64,000 nucleotides of DNA from Octopus sinensis (Eukaryota): NCBI RefSeq assembly GCF_006345805.1, contig NC_043008.1, forward strand, positions 33,170,001 to 33,234,000, written 5' to 3'. Shown here piece after piece: positions 1 through 14,137 of this stretch (position 1 is its first letter; every line of letters starts with the position of its first letter). A model generated the notes under the pieces. That model worked only from the letters and a program-made list of their open reading frames with translations, did no database searches and was not told the DNA's origin. The position numbers were made by a program, and so were the translations under genes.

Positions 1-1535
1 TGTTATGTAATCAGAAACAGTTACAAAATAAGCACACACGTGTAACTTCACCCCGGCCCCTGAACATTCTTCTCATTTCAATGTTTTAAACGTCAGAGAT
101 TGTTCTGTGAAAAGACATTCTGGATTATGTGATCCTGGATTCCCTCCTTGTATATAGGAAACAATGGGGAAGTCGTGGTAAGAAAGCTTCCGATCATAAT
201 TGTATGCAATCAGGATTGACCTAGGGCTAAAACAATAACATCTCTACCCTACTGCATTCCTATGCATATAATATGGGTGTTGTGTGTGTGTGTGTGTGTA
301 CGTGTATCATCATTTAAAGTGTTGACATGAGTTGACTTGAAATCTGGAGTAGATCATAATGTTCACTGGTAACGTTGTGAGTGTGTATGTTTGACTGTTC
401 AGCTCTCTTGAGCAGATCAAAGTCATTGTCGGCAATCCCAACACATAAAAACAAAAATTAAAGAAACAAATTTTTTCCCACAAACTGCCGATTTTAAAAT
501 TACGTTTAACACAACGTTTCTTTTACGAAGACCGAACATTACCATGCTTACCATGCCCAGGAAATGCGATTGATTTTCAAGTATAATTATCGGTACTTTT
601 CTATTATCGATAGCCAATTTTCTTTTTATATACTGAAGTATTAATAAATAAACTACAGAACTTTGATTCAATTCTTTGCACTTTTCCTTCCACATGAGTT
701 AGTGATAGCTATACCGAAAGTCCGCCGTTCAACTGTTACTCTTGTTTCACGAATGGAATAGTTCGTTTACGAATCCTTTAGTGAATGAAAGAAAAATTGA
801 CTGTTGATAATAGGAAAGTACTACATAATATTTGTTGAGTTCCCGTGTCCCCTTGAATTGTAAATGATTCATAAATAACCAAATCTCTCTCAAATATTCC
901 CAATCATATTAAAAATGGGAAAGGACACATAAAATGATAAAGGGGAATCTTAAAGAAGATTATCTAATGTATATCTATATAATTCGAAAAAGACAGTAAG
1001 GTCGAAGTCAGTTTGTGTTTGAACCTGGAGTGAAGCAACAACAAGATTAATGGAAGCGCTAAGTGGTTAAAGTAGATAGAAAATATTCGGATGAAAAGTG
1101 TACAGTATTATAATTATAGAATACTATATATCAGAACAAAAGTGAAATATACATATCGTAGTGGAACTTGTTTACATCTAAATGACTTTTTTAATAATAT
1201 TTATAAAAAAAAGAAACGACAGATGAAACATAAAAGACTTACAATAGCAGATTTGCCCAAATCAGTTGTTTTTAAAAGGGATTCCATCTCAGATGAATAA
1301 TTACTGGTTTGTTTGTAATCAAGATGGAAATTTTATTGAAAAGTTTGTTTTACTTGAATTCCGCGCCAAGTATATCAGAGTGACCTCCCTTGAACATAAA
1401 CTCTGACATAGACTTCGTGGTCGTTTCACTTGTTGAAATTAACAAATCGAATCTTCCTCATGACGTTTGTTCTTGCCATCTTAAAAGACGAAGAATACCA
1501 TCAAACATGAATTTTAATAACTTTACAGGAAAATA

Positions 1536-1612
1536 AACGGAAGTGTTATGGCGTCGTTTATTCGTCTCTCCTTTCTATGTCAGTGGCAGGAGAAGGGTAA
1601 GGAAAAGGTGAA
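1536..1612 (+). promoter_or_regulatory. Candidate housekeeping promoter / first exon (ETS motif + ATGGCG + donor)
   Basis: aaaCGGAAGTgttATGGCGTCG...GAGAAGG|gtaagg, in a stretch that retains CpG. Confidence 0.35.
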
Positions 1613-2244
1613 TGTGAAAAAGCAAATATGTAGAAGATAGAATAGCATCGGCGTACTTTCTCGAGTGTGTACTGATTCTTCATAGCTTAAAAAATACATG
1701 TTTTTAATGACATGTTCACCAAATATCTATCCGATAGAGTAGATTACGATTATGGAATTCAACAGAGAAAAACATAGCTGGCCGCGCACACTTATTTATC
1801 TACAAAATAAAACTTGAAAGTTTGAAAACAATTATATGACGCGTGTCAACGTGTGTGCGCCCACCATTTAAAAAAAAAACCATAATTTACACCATATGAA
1901 AAGCATCGGTGGAAAATTTCATTAGAAAATATTGATTCTTATTAAAGGTATAAAAAAAAGGAAATTGGGTGGGCGTACACTTGTGTAAGTCGCAGCATTC
2001 AAATCTTTGACAAATGTCAGTCTACCGTCTTAAATAAATAAGGACACTTTTGGACTATGTAATCCTGGGCATACAAACTGATGAAATGAAGGGATTGTCA
2101 TGACTGGCATTGTAACATGTGACTCTAGTTTCGTTTCCCAAGCATGGCTCTTTAGTAAGTGTCCGCGACCGTAACATTGGGTTAGCAAACATTCTGTAAG
2201 TGGAGTCTGGTTGGCAGAAGCCGTATGGGAGCCTGTCGTATAAG

Positions 2245-2314
2245 TATAAACATGTAAACTAAAGCTGTATTTATATATAAACATGTAAACTAAAGCTGTA
2301 TTTATATATAAACA
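2245..2314. repeat. 31-bp tandem duplication
   Basis: tataaacatgtaaactaaagctgtatttata occurs twice, plus a partial third copy. Confidence 0.9.
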
Positions 2315-3579
2315 CGTATACTGCTCTTTGAATACACCATACTTTCAGTAACGGTCGGTAATCCCACCTTTAACCCAGTGGAATAGAATTACGACTGGGA
2401 AGAGAAAGGAGCGCACTACTAGTAGTGGGCAGATACTTTGTATATATATACATACACATTTATTTACTCGTTAAAGACCATAGGTGACTCAGAGGGAAAG
2501 AGTTTCGTGCTTGGCATTTTTCGAAACGAATCAAAACTTTTAGTTAGTGCAAAGCTCGGAACTCTTGGATCTTTTGACACTTGAATATTTTTAGTTATAC
2601 TGGGGCGGGGCAAAAGTAGTAACCAGGATAAAATGAGTAATTTCTGATTTCTATTTTCTTCCTACCTGCTTGAAATCATTACATTGCAAGTATTGCATCA
2701 TTCTGTACTGTTTCATTATCTTTAAAAATAAAAATTGGTCAGCATAGTTGTTGTTGATGAAGTTGAGAAAGTTTGGAACATAGTCAGGGGAGAGGTACTT
2801 TTTTCCAAGAATCTTTTCTTTGACTTTGATCCGATTCTAATTAAGGTTGATGATAAAATATCTGGATAATTTTGGCCGTATAACAATAAATATTCTTTTT
2901 CCTGTTGGAGTCCAAGTCAATTTTTCTAATTTGATGATTGTCCAAATTCAAATAAAATGAGTATTGACTAATTTTAATAATTTCTTCTATTTAACTGCAA
3001 GGTGTGTGAATATATCAGGAAGAGAGCCATTCCAGCAGATTGTGAAGAAGCGATAAAGAATATTTTATGCTGAGTTGTTTGATTTGATCAAGTTTCATTA
3101 ATTTCATGCCGTGTGCCATTTTTCTATGACCCTCTTTCATTTGACCTAGATATCTTAAATTTTTGTTCCATTTCTGATCTTTATGATATCTAAGTATGGA
3201 TATTGGTGTATGAGTTAGGTTTCAAATGTAATTCTGAATTTACCTTATCTTGACTTACTCATTTTGCTCCAGCTAAATTTGTCTTTTATATACTCAAAGA
3301 GAATAATGATAATTTTCTGAAATAGTGTTCTGAATATGTTATGATGCTTTTCAATGCATTTAGAGAAGCTCATTGTGTTTCTGTAAGGCTGTGAACATTT
3401 GTAAAAAATAAATTTTTCCTCAAAGTCAAAAGTGCAATAAAAATTCCTCATTGTGCCCCACTACCACTCTCTACAAACATACACATATGCATATATAGGG
3501 CGTATGGTCTAACTTTGACAGTTTGTAAAAAAGTAAAAGATAACACAATATCCCATCCAAAAATAAAAGTATTTTAAAA

Positions 3580-3725
3580 ATGCATTCTTCACTGTATACC
3601 TGGAAAGATCTTTGAACACCTTGATTTTTTACTAACAGCTTGGCTTTGGTGTTGCAGACAGTCCAGCTGTGTCTTTGTCAACCATGCCCCACACATAATC
3701 CATGGGATTACAATTGGGAGAATTA
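3580..3725 (-). mobile_element. Tc1/mariner transposase remnant
   Basis: Minus strand reads SPNCNPMDYVWGMVDKDT, resembling the SPDLNP.D..WG motif. Confidence 0.6.
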
Positions 3726-4920
3726 AGAGGCACATATATGTACATACATATACATACAGATATACATGCCTACATACAAACATATGTACATATATACTTA
3801 CATACACACATGCATGGTCATTGCTCTATCTTCACTGCTGATTGCATGATTGCTATCTCTTTGTGCTTCTTTGTTGTTAATGGCACTTCAGACTTTCCAT
3901 TCATGACGTTGCAGATGACTATTCAGTCCCACTGAAGATCTATATGGTTTGAAGCATAGGTGACAGACAAAAAGTTACAACTTCTCCACAAGAGTGGTCC
4001 CTGTCACAAAAAGACACAACAATGATGTAACTGTGCATCTCCAAGTAATTAAGTATGCTCCTGTTGCTACTTTTCCATAGCAATTGGACTTTCAATAGAT
4101 TCAAGTTTCTCAATACACATTGTCTCCACCTCTCTGTATCTCTCTTCACAACTCTCACCACAGTCTTGACCACCTTCTCATAGCATTCATTAATACAGCT
4201 CAACCCAGTCCCCATTCACTGACCATGACTCAAGGATTTCAGGATAACTGGTCTATTACTGCCACAAGCAGTCAGCAAGTTCTCAATGCAATCCAAAATT
4301 TGTTAAATTGGAAGTGAAATTCTAAATGGATTTACTTGTCATACATGAAGAATTGCCTTGAATTTTTACTCTTTTTTTCTCCCCTTCACCATTTTCTATC
4401 CGTCCCTATCTCTCTCTCTCTCTCTTCCTTTTCCTCCTTTACTCTCTCATTGCTCACACGTGACCATCATCCATCCTTCTTTTCCTCACATGATTATCTT
4501 TCTTTTCTTTCAGTCTGTTGTACAGACCAAACAAAATTTGTCTGTCTCCTCTCCTATCTTTTCTCCTGTCAAAGAATGTTCTTCCAGCATTCACCACCTT
4601 ACCTCATCTGGCTTAGCAGCCCTCACTGTTTGTTCTCACTGTGCTGTTTTTGTTACCAACATGACCCTCCGCAAATACCAAATTTTATTTTGGTTCGCGG
4701 GAAGCAACTGTTTTCTCAAAGGCACATATTGTTGTGAATTGCTCAAAATGTGGAGAAGATAAACAGCTGACAACTGATGAAGGGTCGTTTTTTATGTTAC
4801 TGTCTTGTTTTCCATTTGTTTTTCTCACTGTTCACTAAACAAGTTTGTTATCACATTTCATGCTGTTTACATTTTGTGACATCCCGTACCCATATATGCA
4901 TATATATATTATTTCTATTA

Positions 4921-4957
<37 letters not shown>

Positions 4958-5229
4958 CATAGACACATGCATATATAAAATACAAAAGCAAAAGATGTTT
5001 TTTTGAATTCCTTTCTCAAAATTTGTTGATAACAAGTAATTACCCCCATTTTTATAAATCATATAATTATATGAATAGCAGTCTTCTTTTGTTTTTATTA
5101 CTTTTAATGGTATAATCATTAAAGAACAGTAAGGGCAAATAAAACATAGTGCTTTCACTATGTCAACAAATGTTCAATATGTTACTTCATAATCCTTTTT
5201 AATAGTAAAAACAACAAATCAAAACCCAG

Positions 5230-5740
5230 CAGCTTTGTTACTTTTTATTTATTATGGCCAGGTTCCAACCCAGGCCATAGCACAAAGTTTATCCACTACA
5301 TTTCTTGGTCTAACATCACTGCCTCAAGGTCCCGGATACATTGCAGGCCAGTGTCTGCAACCAAGTTAAAAATGTGTGACGCTTTCTTCTTCTTACATCA
5401 CTATGAAGTGGGTTCCACAAAATTAATTTGAATGCTTCCAGTTCAGGGTGGCGCACGTAGTGACCAGATAGTCACAACCAGCTCTGCCTGATCTTCTCTT
5501 TATTTTTTGGCAGGTCTCCTAAAAGACATTCACTTGTCATATGTTGCTGCCATTTCACATTTAGAGCTATTCGTAGCATCCATCTAACCCATTTGATAAT
5601 TTCTTTGTCAGTGTCCATATTTCACTGCCATATAATAGCACCGATTCAACAGTTGCAACGAACAGCTTGATTTTGATTTGCCTGAGCAATTTGGAATTCC
5701 AAACCTTCTTTAGTTTGTGAAAGACTTTGTAGAGGAAGAG
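5230..5740 (-). mobile_element. RTE-type LINE remnant (RT C-terminus)
   Basis: KVWNSKLLRQIKIKLFVATVESVLLYGSEIWTLTK. Confidence 0.75.
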
Positions 5741-6439
5741 GAACTATGATGCATGCATCTAACCATTCAGGCAAGCAGACATAGAGAGACATATCATCAT
5801 CATCATACTTATATTTTGTCCACTTTCCAAGTTGGCTTCGCTTCTACAGTTCATCACATGTTCAGTTAGTTTTTATTTGGAGTGACTACTTTCCTAAATG
5901 GCTCAGAGGACAAGGCTAACTTCTTTTATTTTGGTATGGTTTCTATGGCTGAATGCCCTTCCTAAGGTCAGCCATTTAACAGAGTGCACTGGATGCATTT
6001 TATCAAGACACCAACACTAGAGAGGTTCCCATATCTTCAGCAAAACAAGACTAGAGGGTCCTCATAATCTTACATTGTTTCCAGTCATTCACTACAAAAA
6101 CAGGGTCCTTAAATGTATCCTTTTTCTTTTTATATGTTTATGTCCCTTCATTACTGGCAATAGGTTAGGATAATTGTTATATTGTGGCAGAAGTAATTGT
6201 CTTCTTATCTCCAGACAATAAACTTGTTCTTGTCTTTAATGTTATGTCAACTTTGGAGAATTCTTGAGATTACCTCCCCTTCTCATGTGGAACTGTTCTC
6301 AATTGCTAAATGGTTACTGTGAAACATTCTTCACAAAAATGTGTCCTGGCCATGACTTCAAACTGCATCCGGTGTGTGTGTGCGCGCAGGTGTACATGTT
6401 TGCACATGCACATTGACAGAGTCAGACAGACAAACTGAT

Positions 6440-6612
6440 ATAGACAGAGATGGATGGATGGGTGGATAGACAGACAGAGAGGTAGGTAGGCAGGCAGGCA
6501 GATAGATAAATAGACAGACAGACAGACAGACAGACAGATAGACAGACAGAGGTAGACAGAGATAGATAGACAGACAGACAGACAGAGACAGACAGACAGA
6601 CAGACAGACATA
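6440..6612. repeat. (GACA/GATA/GGAT)n compound microsatellite
   Basis: Seen directly. It is the source of the spurious LSVCLSV ORFs. Confidence 0.95.
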
Positions 6613-9532
6613 GGTGTGCATGCTTGCATACACAAATGGGAGAAAACATACTCAGCTCAAGTTCAAAACTGATAATTCCCTCCATCACTACTCAGGATTT
6701 CTTGCTGCTGTTTGTTATATTTCCATGTGACAAAAGATCCATCTTTTGTTGCCTGAAGGATTACATGTAACAAGAAAATCTGACAAGTAATAGGATGAAT
6801 CATTAACTTTGAACTAGTTCAAATATGCTCAGGGAATATTTGAACCCATAAGACAGCCATTCACTGCATTTTGTCATGGAGAAAATTTCTTGCTGATGAC
6901 AAATGGTGTAAATACATCTAAAATCAGCTCACAGTGCCCCCTACCCAGACTATGAAATACAATTATTTTAAGGTGGTTATCTCCTCTTCAGTCACAGAAA
7001 CTGGACAGGGAGCACCATGAGTTGATAAGAAAGACTGTCACCCTCATGATACTGATAAATAAATATATGAGATTTTGTCTAATATAATGATTCAATTATT
7101 GCTATTTAATCTTTCAGGCTTACTTGAAACAGCTGTAAGAGAATATGTTGGATTTTTGCAGATAATAAATTATATTAATGCTATATCTCCATTTTCTTAA
7201 TTTTCTTTTGAGTATATATAAATATAAAAATGTTAAAAGTATTATATTATCAATAAACATTCTTTTTAACCCTGTCATAACTGGATTTATTTATTTAGAG
7301 ATGCTCTGTGTTTCTTTTATTTACTTTAAATATAACAAAGAATTTAGTAAAATAACATCATTATCATTAGGCTAGTATTAGGAACATAAATTGTGACTAA
7401 GGTCTGGTGGAAGATTTTAATTCAAAACTTATGAAAACAAGACATTTGTATTACAAAGCCAGAGCCGGTCTCAGCCAGGTTGGTATTGAAAGGGTTAAAG
7501 TTAAGGCAAAAATTTATATCAGACTTTTTCTTATACATCTTAAGATAGCAGACAAAGGACAAAGAAGTACTACTGTACATTTGCAATAAAATATTCAGAA
7601 TATTTGAATTCCTTGAGGCAGTATATTAACAGAATTATCAATGAATCAGACAAAATATCTTGCAATATTTGTTCCAACCCTTTATGTTCTGAGTTTAAAT
7701 TTTGCAGAGGATAACTTTACTGGTCATCTTTCAGGAGTGTGGAGTGGATATAACAGGCTACAAATGGACAGTAGAGTTCAAATCCTCATCTAACTGGGGG
7801 GGGGGGGGGCTCCAACAACAACAACTAAAACACAGTTGAAGCATACTGCCATTACATCAATATTATCTCTTTGTAGGGTGGCAAGCTGCTAGAATCGTTA
7901 TCGTGTCAAACAAAATGCTTAGCAGCACTTCATCCTACTTTACATTCAGAGTGCAAATGCCACCAAGGTTGACTCTGCTTTCATTCTTTCAGGGTCAATA
8001 ATATAAATACCAGTTAATCACTGGAAGTCAATGTAATCAACTTACCCCTTCCCCTGAAATTGCTGACCTTGTGCCAAAATTTGAAATCAATATTTTTTCC
8101 TTGTAACATCCTATATTTCCAACACATGCTGGCATGATGAACCCCACCCACTTCATACTCACTCTCTCCCTCTCTCCCACTCGTCTCTCTCTCCCTCCCC
8201 TCTCTCTCTCAAACTGCCTCTCCCCAATAAAAAGGATAACACAAGGCATTTGAATACCTTATTCAAAATTTGTAGATAATTATTATCTTCACTTTTATTT
8301 AATTACATAATTATCATTTTTCTGGGATTTTTCCTTTTACTCCTTTCATGGTATCATCTTTAAAGAACAGTGAGGTAAACAAAAGGTACTGATTTCAACA
8401 ATTGATCATAATTTTTCAATAAACATTCAATAAGTTTCTTAATTCTTTTTAATGATAAAAAAATCTACAAAACCCAACCATCAAAGATTTATTTTTACTC
8501 TTTATCATTTTCATGGAACATCAGTAGAATCAAAGAATTTCCATTTTGGTATAGAAACAGCAAAATTTTGTAAATGGTTATAAAAGCAGTTGTCCCAAGC
8601 CTGATGAAACGGATGTCTTTAACCCTTTAGCATTTAAGCCATCCTGTTTTATGTTCAAACCAACCAGACTTGGCCTCTCACACCTACCGTACAATGTCAT
8701 TCTAAAAATAAACAATCACATTTTCAAAATCTTGAGACTACAAGATACTACATGATTAAACTTTTGAAATGTGGATAAGTAACCATTACATTGGATAAAT
8801 TAATCTGAATGCTAAAAGGATAAAGACAAAAAAGAAGTTAAAAAAATACAGTTTATTTTGTTTATGGGTTACAGTAGGAAGGACAAACTTTTGTATGGTT
8901 CCATGATGAACTAAGGAAAGGGATGGGAGAAACTTATTCCCAAACAAAAAAACTTAACCTAAATATTTGTGACAAAGTAGGCTCAGCTAAAGGCACCCTT
9001 GATCCAGGTTATGGCATTAAACTGGCCAATAGACTAAGTCTAGCATCCAAAAACAGGTATAGTCCATAGAGTAGGCAGCCACATACTTTCTGCCTATCCT
9101 GCTTCATTTCACAAGACTTATTTCAACTTGAGGCTATAGTAGAAGACTACTTACCCTTAGTTTCATGCAATAGAATGGGACCCAGAACAAATGCAAACTT
9201 CTTAATCACAAGGCCTTGCTTGTGTCACATGAAAATGATTTATGACAAAGTCCATACCAGTTTCTATAATTTGTTAATTTGATTCTCATTGATTCATAGT
9301 CAGTGTTCCATACTAACATCAATGGGATAGAAGTTTAAAATTTACATTATTTATGCAATAGATTTACATTACCCCTCAACCATAAAGTGAGAATGTAGCC
9401 ATTTTAGTGACCCCCAAAAGACTTGGATATTTAGTACAATTGTTTACAATGTTGGCTAGTCTGCAATGTTAACAAGCCATACATCTGAATATATATATGT
9501 GTGTGTGTACAAACAATTTTTACAAAGCATTG

Positions 9533-9777
9533 TTAAGGAAACATTTTGTATGGGTTTAATATACCACATGGATCCAATAATTTCTTCATTTGTTTCATAA
9601 GTTCAACTGAAAGATGTGACTGACTATGGTGTAAGTATTTGACCTTGTGAAGTCCAATGCCATGTTCGGCACTAATGCTACCCTTAAGTTCAGCAACATA
9701 ATCAAAAACATATGGTTCTATTAAATTCTGAAGCTCATCATTATATTCAGGTGATGTTAAATTTAAATGGAGGTTAC
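9533..9777 (-). CDS. D2HGDH: D2HGDH terminal coding exon (NLHLN...GSISAEHGIG...LDPCGILNPYKMFP*)
   Basis: Acceptor gttgcag|, GSISAEHGIG and DP.GILNPYK motifs of FAD-linked oxidases, TAA stop at 9535-9533. Confidence 0.97.
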
Positions 9778-11199
9778 CTGCAACACAAAAATATGACAAA
9801 TAATTAAAACAGTGGAGATATATTAATTTGAAAATGGTATTAAACATTATAAGTCATTTTTTGAGACAGAAGAAACCCAACAAATTAACTTGTTTAATTG
9901 AAACCTCATATCAATCGTTTTTATTTTTTTTAAACCACAATTTGTGAACAAATAGTGTTATTCATTATAGTTCTTTAATTACCTATCACTGACCACTGCA
10001 TTTCTGATAATAAGGAAGAATCTATAACTTTGTGAATTTTGTTTGAAGAACACTGGTTTTCTTTACCAATAGCTATGTCTCAATGAAAGACATAAACACA
10101 CACAAATACATATGACATATTTCTGCACAGTTTCCACTTACAAAATTCTAACAAGATATTAACCAACCTAAGGCTACAATAAAAGACATCAGTATTACTT
10201 GGGATCAAACATGAAACCATTGTTCTCTTTACATAATCATATGTCACTTTTAGAGAAAAGGTTAGGAGACACAAGGGAGAGATATTAATTCCACATAAGC
10301 TCTTTATATATTACATGCATATCTAAGAAAGCAATTAGGAGATAGCAATAAAATAATCCATGAAATATTCAAATAAAATATGATGGAATCGTTTATCATT
10401 TATGTGTCTTAGTCACTGGACTGTGGCCATGCTAGAGCACTGCTATGAAGTGCACCGTTAAGCAAATCAACACCAGCACTTATTTTTTAAGCCTGGCAAA
10501 CATAAGGGATTGTTTAATATCACAGAGGGTATTTCTATATAAAGGAAAATTATGAGTAAAACCACCTTTTTCAAAAAGAAAAAAAAAATGATGATATACA
10601 ATGCATTATGCTATAAAGCAAAGGAAGAGATACTGATATTTCAGACAATTTTCCCTTTGTCAATGAAGAAAGGTAGGGAAAAAAAGAAACAAAAACTATT
10701 TTTATTTGAAAGCGCCAGTTCTTTTTTGGTTTCTTCACCAATGTCTACATCTTTTGTCAATATATATTGATTTCAAATTTTGACACAAAACCAGTAATTT
10801 CAAGGGAGTGGGTAAGTCGATTACATCAACCCCAGTGCTCAACTGGTACTTATTTTATTGATCCTGAAAGGATGAAAGACAAAGTTGACCCCAGCAGAAT
10901 TTGAACTCAGATCTTTTGTCAATGTATATTAAAAGATATAAGCATGCACACACACACACGTATGTATATGTGTACATGTATATCTATATATATTCTATAC
11001 TGGCATAGATTGGATGGTTTGACAGGATGTGATGTGTCCAAGGACTGTATTAAGCTCCGGTTTTATGATTGGATGCTCTTCATAATGCCAACTACTTTAT
11101 AGCATGGATTGAGTGTGTTTTTCATGCTACCTACACTGTTGAGGTCACCATCAGCTCACAAGACTATCAACCTGATCAGTTCAATTCAAGAGGGCAAGG

Positions 11200-12240
11200 G
11201 GATTATAGTGAGGGGGGTGCAGAGCAAGTTCCTATGGAGAGATCTGCATGGCTACTCACATACAGTAGAGGAAAGAGGGAGAGAGGGAAAGAAAAAAGGA
11301 TCAGTAGAAGCTGTAAGAGACAGATAATGGTGATGGGGTGCCCATGTTGCCCCACAAGGCTAAAGCTGAGCAGAAACGAGTGGGTGGGTGGGTGGTATGC
11401 AAAATTGTATGAGAAGAAGAGGAGGGTGGGAGACAGACTGTCAAAATGGATAGAGTTGAACTGTTGAAACAAGAACCATGCCTGGGGAAGATGAGGGGAT
11501 GTAGAAGAGTGGGAGTTGAGCAAGCATTAGGAATAGTAAAGATGATACAGTTGCTGTGTGGGGGAGACAAGAGAGAGAGATATGACATGAACGGGTAGTC
11601 TGTAGGAGCCAGGAGAAGAGGGGAAGAAGTGGGCATAATTCATGAGGAGTGCGTAATTCATAGGAGTACTATAATGGGCGGGAACCCAAGACATAGCACT
11701 TCTAGAACTCAGTTTTGCTGAGAAGGGGAAGTCTTTTTGAGAAATCATACCAACAGAGATCCCAGTCTTTTGTCTCAGGCTAAGGTCCTAAAGTCAACCT
11801 AGGTCTCGGTCTTCATAGGTCTCCCTCCCTGCCAAATTAAATGAATGGCACTTTTTTATACAGCTGCCCTTATCTATATGCATCACATGTCCACACTAGT
11901 GTAGTCTTCTTTCTTGAGCACAACATCAGTTTCCTCTTATACACAGTTCTTCACTGAACACTTTTGTACTAATTCTTTCACACACACACACTCACATTGC
12001 ACACCTAACATTTCTTTCTTGTCTTCTCAAGCCCTCTGCATTCATGGCCCATGTCTCACTACCAAGCAGCATTGCAAATCTAACACAAGCACCATACAAT
12101 CTATCCTTAACTCCTATGGAGAAAAATCTGTCATCAACATTGGTAGTAACTTCCTGAACTTTCTCCAACCAGTTCTTACTCTAACACCTATACTTTCAGA
12201 ACAACCACTTCCATTGCTATTTACAAGTTTACCTTAAAGC
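11200..12240. mobile_element. Highly degenerate Penelope-like fragments
   Basis: Composition and short peptide similarity to the 60.2-61.7 kb element. No intact ORF. Confidence 0.4.
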
Positions 12241-13065
12241 CCCTTCGATTCCAGGTTTAGCCAGGAATTTCTTCTCAAACATGATACCCTGTCAAATCCT
12301 TTCACCAAATCAACAAAAGCTAGGAATAGTGATTTATTCTTAGCTAAGTATTTCACCTGCAGTTACCTCACAAGAAAGATAGCATGTATGGTGCCTCTTC
12401 TGGGGACAAAACCTAAGTGCATCCCATCCAGGTCTACTCTTTCACAGATCAACTGGACTATAACTCTCTCTTCATGATTTTTATAACTTTGTCTAGAAGT
12501 TTGATTCCTCTATAATTGACCTTGTAGCAGTTTATGACAATACTTCTATGCCAGTCACTGGGTTTAACTACCTCCTGGATGACTTGATTAACTATCCAGG
12601 TGGTAATCTTGTATCCTACTTCCCCAGGTATTTTAAGCATCCCAGTAACTATCCCTGATGGCCAATAAACTTCCCCCTCTTCATATCCTTGATTACTTTA
12701 TCTACCACACTGCTGTCAACTTGAATCGCTGGTCCCTCTATTGAGTCAGCATAAGGTAATAGCTGCTTATCCCATGAGTCCTCCACGTTCAGCAGCCTTT
12801 CATAAGAGCACTTCCATGCCAGCTTCTTTTGTTCCATATTGATGGCGAGTTTACCTTCATCATTCCATAAACACTTATCACCAATGGTATCTTGATTTAC
12901 TCTTGCACATAAGCTTCATAATTCTGAACACCGCCCACCTCCAGTCCTCAAGTTAGAGGACATGTGCAAATCTCTTCCTTTCTGCCTCACTTTTAGTCAA
13001 CTACACAAAATCTGTCCACAGTATGAGACCATACTATGGGATCATACCTGAAACAGTATGATTGA
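12240..13065 (-). mobile_element. RTE-type LINE remnant (RT N-terminus)
   Basis: AWKCSYERLLNVE...IEGPAIQVD...IKDMKRGK; PSDWHRSIVINCYK..NYRGIKLLDKVIK. Confidence 0.8.
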
Positions 13066-13962
13066 GAAGCAAACTTCTTATCCTCAATCGTGATATTTAC
13101 TTTGTGTCCATCGTTAAATGTAATGTTAGCGCCAGCAGAGTTTAATTCAGAACATAAAGGGACATAACTCAATAGAGCTTGACATTTATACTGTCACTCA
13201 ATTGTTTTTGCTACTCATTGCTCTTAATATTTATACCAACAGTAAGGTGGCAAGCTGGCAGAATCGTTAGCACGGCAGGCAAAATGCTTAGCAGCATTTC
13301 GTCCATATTTACATTCAGAGTTCAAATTCCGCCACAGTCGACTTTGCCTTTCATCCTTTCAGGAGTCAATGAAATAGGTACCAGTTGAACTCTGGGGCCA
13401 ATGTAATTGACTTACCACTCCTGAACTTACTGGACTTGTGCCAAAATTTGAAATCAATATTAATACCAATAGCTAATGCAGGCACAAATTTTGATGGAAG
13501 GGAACAATTAATTAATTCAGTTACTGTATATTACTGGTATTTCTTTTATCAACTGCATGAAAGATGAAAGGCAAAGTTGACATTAGCAAGATTTAAACTC
13601 AGAACATAAAGAGATGCAACTAATTACCACAAGGCATTTTATCCGTCACTTATTATTTATGCAAAATCTCTCTCACAATTCACCACCCAGTTCATCCTCC
13701 ACACCATCATTTTACATTTACTTTTTGTAGTAGTATGTGTGAGATGGGCCATCCCCATCCAGGTTGGTTCTTAATTGGAGTCACTACCCTCGTAGACGTG
13801 ATTGAGGGACTACAACTATATTGTAATGCTCTGGGTGTCATAAGATTTCATTACCTATGAGCCACCTATACTGAGACTGTATAAAATATACAATCTTTTC
13901 TTTCTAACAAATTTTCAAAGTTTCAAAGAAATTTTTTTTAATATTTTGACAAACATACTTAC

Positions 13963-14137
13963 TATCTCCAACATGTCCATAACCTACAACCCGAGTATTA
14001 GGAATCGGAGCAGTCCGTTTCCTGACATCAACCACTAAATCATAAAACTTTGACAAACACAGAGATAAATCATATTTGTAGCAATATCCATCCTTCAACA
14101 GACTCTCTGAAATTCTTTCTCGAAGACACCATAAATT
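13963..14137 (-). CDS. D2HGDH: D2HGDH coding exon ([13 protein letters not shown]...YKYDLSL...VVGYGHVGD)
   Basis: Acceptor ttttccag|AAT, donor A|gtaagt, 175 nt. Contains LW.LRE, YKYDLSL and GYGHVGD motifs. Confidence 0.96.

Noticed and set aside
2640-3450. Minus-strand coding-like stretch
   Set aside because: There are stops in all frames and no splice-consistent exon. It is probably an old retroelement, but I could not assign a family.
4775-4830. Hammerhead core CTGATGA at about 4775
   Set aside because: No stem II followed by GAAA could be built downstream.
6306-6688. ORFs in microsatellites (also 34306-34740, 53924-54346, 56962-57221 and similar)
   Set aside because: These are low-complexity translations of simple repeats.
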